Source: Macrostomum lignano (taxonomy: Eukaryota). From it: a stretch of DNA of 64,000 nucleotides. Made by a program: the position numbers and the translations under genes. This document shows positions 60,538 to 64,000 of the stretch, in pieces (positions within the stretch are counted from its first letter, which is position 1; each line of letters begins with the position of its first letter). The stretch covers positions 124,001 to 188,000 of the forward strand of contig NIVC01000184.1 in assembly GCA_002269645.1 (NCBI GenBank), written 5' to 3'. The notes under the pieces were generated by a model. That model saw nothing but the letters and a program-made list of their open reading frames with translations, was not told the DNA's origin and ran no database searches.

Positions 60538-61194
60538 CAGGCTATTGTCTACAAAACCTACTGATTCAACTAAATCAATACATAAAGCCAAAGATTGTCA
60601 AGCCTTTAGGATTTGACCACTGTATGATTGAAGTTCTGAAGTTTTATTAGGGATAAATATTCAAGGTTGAGTTAAACTGCAATGAAAAAAAGCAGAAATC
60701 GAGTTGATCCTTAAATGTAAAAAGAGAATGGGGATCACAGGTGGGAAACGGTCGAGGTGTCAACCATAAGGGCCGACATCACAAAACACAGAGAGGCGCA
60801 GTAAACTGTTTGTGAATCTTACTTACCAGAGTGCATCAGGACCAGACACTATATTCTAAAACCATTCTAAAAGAAGCGATTAATATTAATTTGCGTTTTA
60901 GGCAATAAAACTGACAGAAATCTAATAATCAAATAGCGATTTGATAGCGACTCATACGGGTAAAAGCGGTTGACGCTGACACGAAATGACGAAATGTCCT
61001 TGCAGTTACATGCGCAGAACTTGCTTATGAAAGGAGTCGCTATTACATATACATTAATTTAAAAGACAAAAAAGAAAGGAACGGAGAGGAATTACCGCAG
61101 CAACAAATGCTGCTTAGTGATCAAGATTGCTTCTCTGTCATCTGTTTTACGCTAATCGTTGGTGCTTTTTTGACGTTTTACCCCAGCCACGGGC

Positions 61195-61974
61195 TCAGTT
61201 GAATGGCGACAAGCATTCGCAGAGAACTTTAGGGAGGGTAGTAGTCTCACCTATATCAACTAGCTTTTCACGGTCACTAAGATGCGCGATAGCCCTCTCG
61301 CTGCCTCCTCCATTGTTTGGCTCGCCAAAGCCCCACAGGCTGCCGTTCAGAGGAATATCACAAGCAATCCAGTGCCAGCCTACTTTTGGGCTTGAAGTGT
61401 CTACTTTCTGGTAGCCTCCAAGAAAAAATGATTTACTACGGTGAATCCCGTCCACGTGGTTCATTTCGGCGGCGTCCACCACATCGGCCATGATCACCAG
61501 ACCGCTCTCCGACTCGCACTTCTGTCTGCCAGTCTGCCAGTTGCCCGTTTCACTGAGCAGCTTGTACTTCACTCCGCACAGGTCGTCTCCGTAGCCAGAC
61601 GGACACAGCGCGCCCGCCTCGAGTCCCGGCTGCTGCTTCACAAACACCCAGCCTCTCCTGGAGCAGCCGCAGTCCCTCACCGACTTGCTGCACTTGTCGA
61701 ACACGAACAGCTGGCACGGACCGTCAGCCAGGCTGAACGCCTGACAGCGCCAGTCGCTGCTGCACCAGAAGGCGCAGCCGGCCATCGAGGCAACGTCAGG
61801 GAGGCTCCGAACGAACTGGCGGTTGATGCAGAGGCTGCCGTTGATGCTCGAGTACGAAGCCACGTCAGCTGCCTGCGCAACTTTGAGCAGGAAGAGAAAA
61901 ACACAGAACTGCTGGGAGTTGCTCAGCCTTGATGGCGACATTCTGAATAACTGAAAGTGGTAAATACGATGCAC
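61195..61974 (-). CDS. Lectin 5: secreted PAN/apple-like + C-type lectin protein with EPN motif, intronless (alternative ATG at 61941)
   Basis: Signal-like FCVFLFLLKVAQA; CAFWCSSDWRCQAFS; CTLD FFLGG, GWHWI, WGFGEPNN, LCEC. Confidence 0.9.
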   Translation of the reverse strand: MHRIYHFQLFRMSPSRLSNSQQFCVFLFLLKVAQAADVASYSSINGSLCINRQFVRSLPDVASMAGCAFWCSSDWRCQAFSLADGPCQLFVFDKCSKSVRDCGCSRRGWVFVKQQPGLEAGALCPSGYGDDLCGVKYKLLSETGNWQTGRQKCESESGLVIMADVVDAAEMNHVDGIHRSKSFFLGGYQKVDTSSPKVGWHWIACDIPLNGSLWGFGEPNNGGGSERAIAHLSDREKLVDIGETTTLPKVLCECLSPFN

Positions 61975-62647
61975 TGCATTTTAAGTCTTGCGCTAAAAGA
62001 TGAAATTCGATGGTAAGATACATGTACATCATGTACTTACGTTGATTTCGAACTGTTCAGTAGCAATCAATAAAATTTTTGGACAGAGAAACCAAGACTG
62101 ATAAAGCAGGCTTGTTACTGGGGAAAGTTGGTCGGTAGAAATGCTTTTTGATGCGCACAATCCTTCATGTTTTATACTTTATTTGCGAGCAGAAAACGTG
62201 TTTGCTGTGGAATAAGACACTTGCGCATCAGTTGAGGAGCAGATCGAAATGATTGGCTGATATTCCTAATGCAAGATTTCTCAGCATTCACCGATGCAGT
62301 CAGTATGTTTGCTCAGAATTTATCTCCCGAGTTTACAGGCGTTTAAAATGCAAGCTATTTACCAACTTGCTGGATTAACAGCCAACTCACCTCATCCGGT
62401 GTCTTCCATCGTTTTTTTGATTGACAAATGATCGAATTTTATAAGTGTGCGGCCTGGGCAGATTCTTTGCCAATGCTTAATGCATTTGCATTTATAAATG
62501 TATAACTTCTCTATTCCTACATGTATGTAGTCACTGGCATTTTTTTTTAAACTTCAATAATAATTATTAAAATAACACTGCTACCAGTAAAAAACTACAG
62601 AATATTACATTAAGCCCGTCGCAAGCACCTCGCCATTCCTTCACTAG

Positions 62648-63918
62648 GGGAATCTTGGGGAAGATAGGGAATCTTGGGGAAGATGGGGAATCTTAAGGAA
62701 GATGGGGAATCTTGGGGAAGATGGGGAATCTTAAGGAAGATAGGGAATCTTGGGGAAGATGGGGAATCTTAAGGAAGATGGGGAATCTTGGGGAAGATGG
62801 GGAATCTTAAGGAAGATGGGGAATCTTAAGGAAGATAGGGAATCTTGGGGAAGATGGGGAATCTTAAGGAAGATGGGGAATCTTGGGGAAGATGGGGAAT
62901 CTTAAGGAAGATGTGGAATCTTAAGGAAGATGGGGAATCTTGGGGAAGATGGGGAATCTTAAGGAAGATGGGGAATCTTGGGGAAGATGGGGAATCTTAA
63001 GGAAGATGGGGAATCTTAAGGAAGATAGGGAATCTTAAGGAAGATGGGGAATCTTGGGAAAGATGTGGAATCTTAAGGAAGATGGGGAATCTTGGGGAAG
63101 ATGGGGAATCTTAAGGAAGATGGGGAATCTTGGGGAAGATGGGGAATCTTAAGGAAGATGGGGAATCTTAAGGAAGATAGGGAATCTTGGGAAAGATGTG
63201 GAATCTTAAGGAAGATGGGGAATCTTGGGGAAGATGGGGAATCTTAAGGAAGATGGGGAATCTTGGGGAAGATGGGGAATCTTGGGGAAGATGGGGAATC
63301 TTAAGGAAGATGGGGAATCTTGGGGAAGATAGGGAATCTTGGGAAAGATGTGGAATCTTAAGGAAGATGGGGAATCTTAAGGAAGATGGGGAATCTTAAG
63401 GAAGATGGGGAATCTTGGGAAAGATGTGGAATCTTAAGGAAGATGGGGAATCTTGGGGAAGATGGGGAATCTTAAGGAAGATGGGGAATCTTGGGGAAGA
63501 TAGGGAATCTTGGGGAAGATGTGGAATCTTAAGGAAGATGGGGAATCTTGGGGAAGATGGGGAATCTTGGGGAAGATGGGGAATCTTAAGGAAGATGGGG
63601 AATCTTGGGGAAGATGGGGAATCTTGGGGAAGATGTGGAATCTTGGGGAAGATGGGGAATCTTGGGAAAGATGGGGAATCTTGGGGAAGATGGGGAATCT
63701 TGGGGAAGATGTGGAATCTTGGGGAAGATGGGGAATCTTGGGAAAGATAGCGAATCTTGGGGAAGATGGGGAATCTTAGGGAAGATGGGGAATCTTGGGG
63801 AAGATGTGGAATCTTGGGGAAGATGGGGAATCTTGGGAAAGATAGCGAATCTTGGGGAAGATGTGAAATCTTAAGGAAGATGGGGAATCTTGGGGAAGAT
63901 GGGGAATCTTGGGGAAGA
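62648..63918. repeat. 19-bp two-variant minisatellite (GGGGAATCTTGGGGAAGAT / GGGGAATCTTAAGGAAGAT)n
   Basis: Period 19. Confidence 0.96.
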
Positions 63919-64000
63919 TACGCTGTACACAGTGCTGTACGTATGCGGAATGCAGGTAGGCCGTTGCTTCGAAATTGTCACTGGCAGTCAATTAATTGTC

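Noticed and set aside
63187-63991. GKMGNLGEDGESW repeat ORFs
   Set aside because: 19-bp minisatellite artefact

Overview
Eukaryotic (metazoan) genomic DNA with spliceosomal introns. The Ala/Ser-rich GC-rich exons and satellite-filled introns resemble a rhabditophoran flatworm such as Macrostomum (inference from sequence style, not verified). Most long ORFs in the supplied track are tandem-repeat artefacts. Genes reconstructed by hand from splice signals and reading phase: (1) a + strand Notch-like receptor (11 EGF, 3 LNR, HD-like region, TM; 4481-17606, 5' end missing) whose predicted ~220-aa tail shows no ankyrin repeats; (2) an intronless M13 (neprilysin/ECE-like) metallopeptidase (22035-24230, -); (3) five members of a signal peptide + PAN/apple-like + C-type lectin family (four at 25.3-36.8 kb, one at 61.2-62.0 kb), including a pseudogene and a copy truncated by Gypsy sequence, arranged around a ~3.3-3.6 kb duplication; (4) a 7-exon importin-11 (972 aa, -); (5) a 7-coding-exon IFT43 (206 aa, -). 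Also present: Gypsy gag/pol remnants in both orientations, a tRNA-derived CORE-SINE, a MITE with an 8-bp TSD, a Helitron-like 5' end and about 20 different tandem arrays. The strongest leads are the apparently ankyrin-less Notch and the mosaic lectin family, whose members share a ~193-nt near-identical central segment between divergent flanks.
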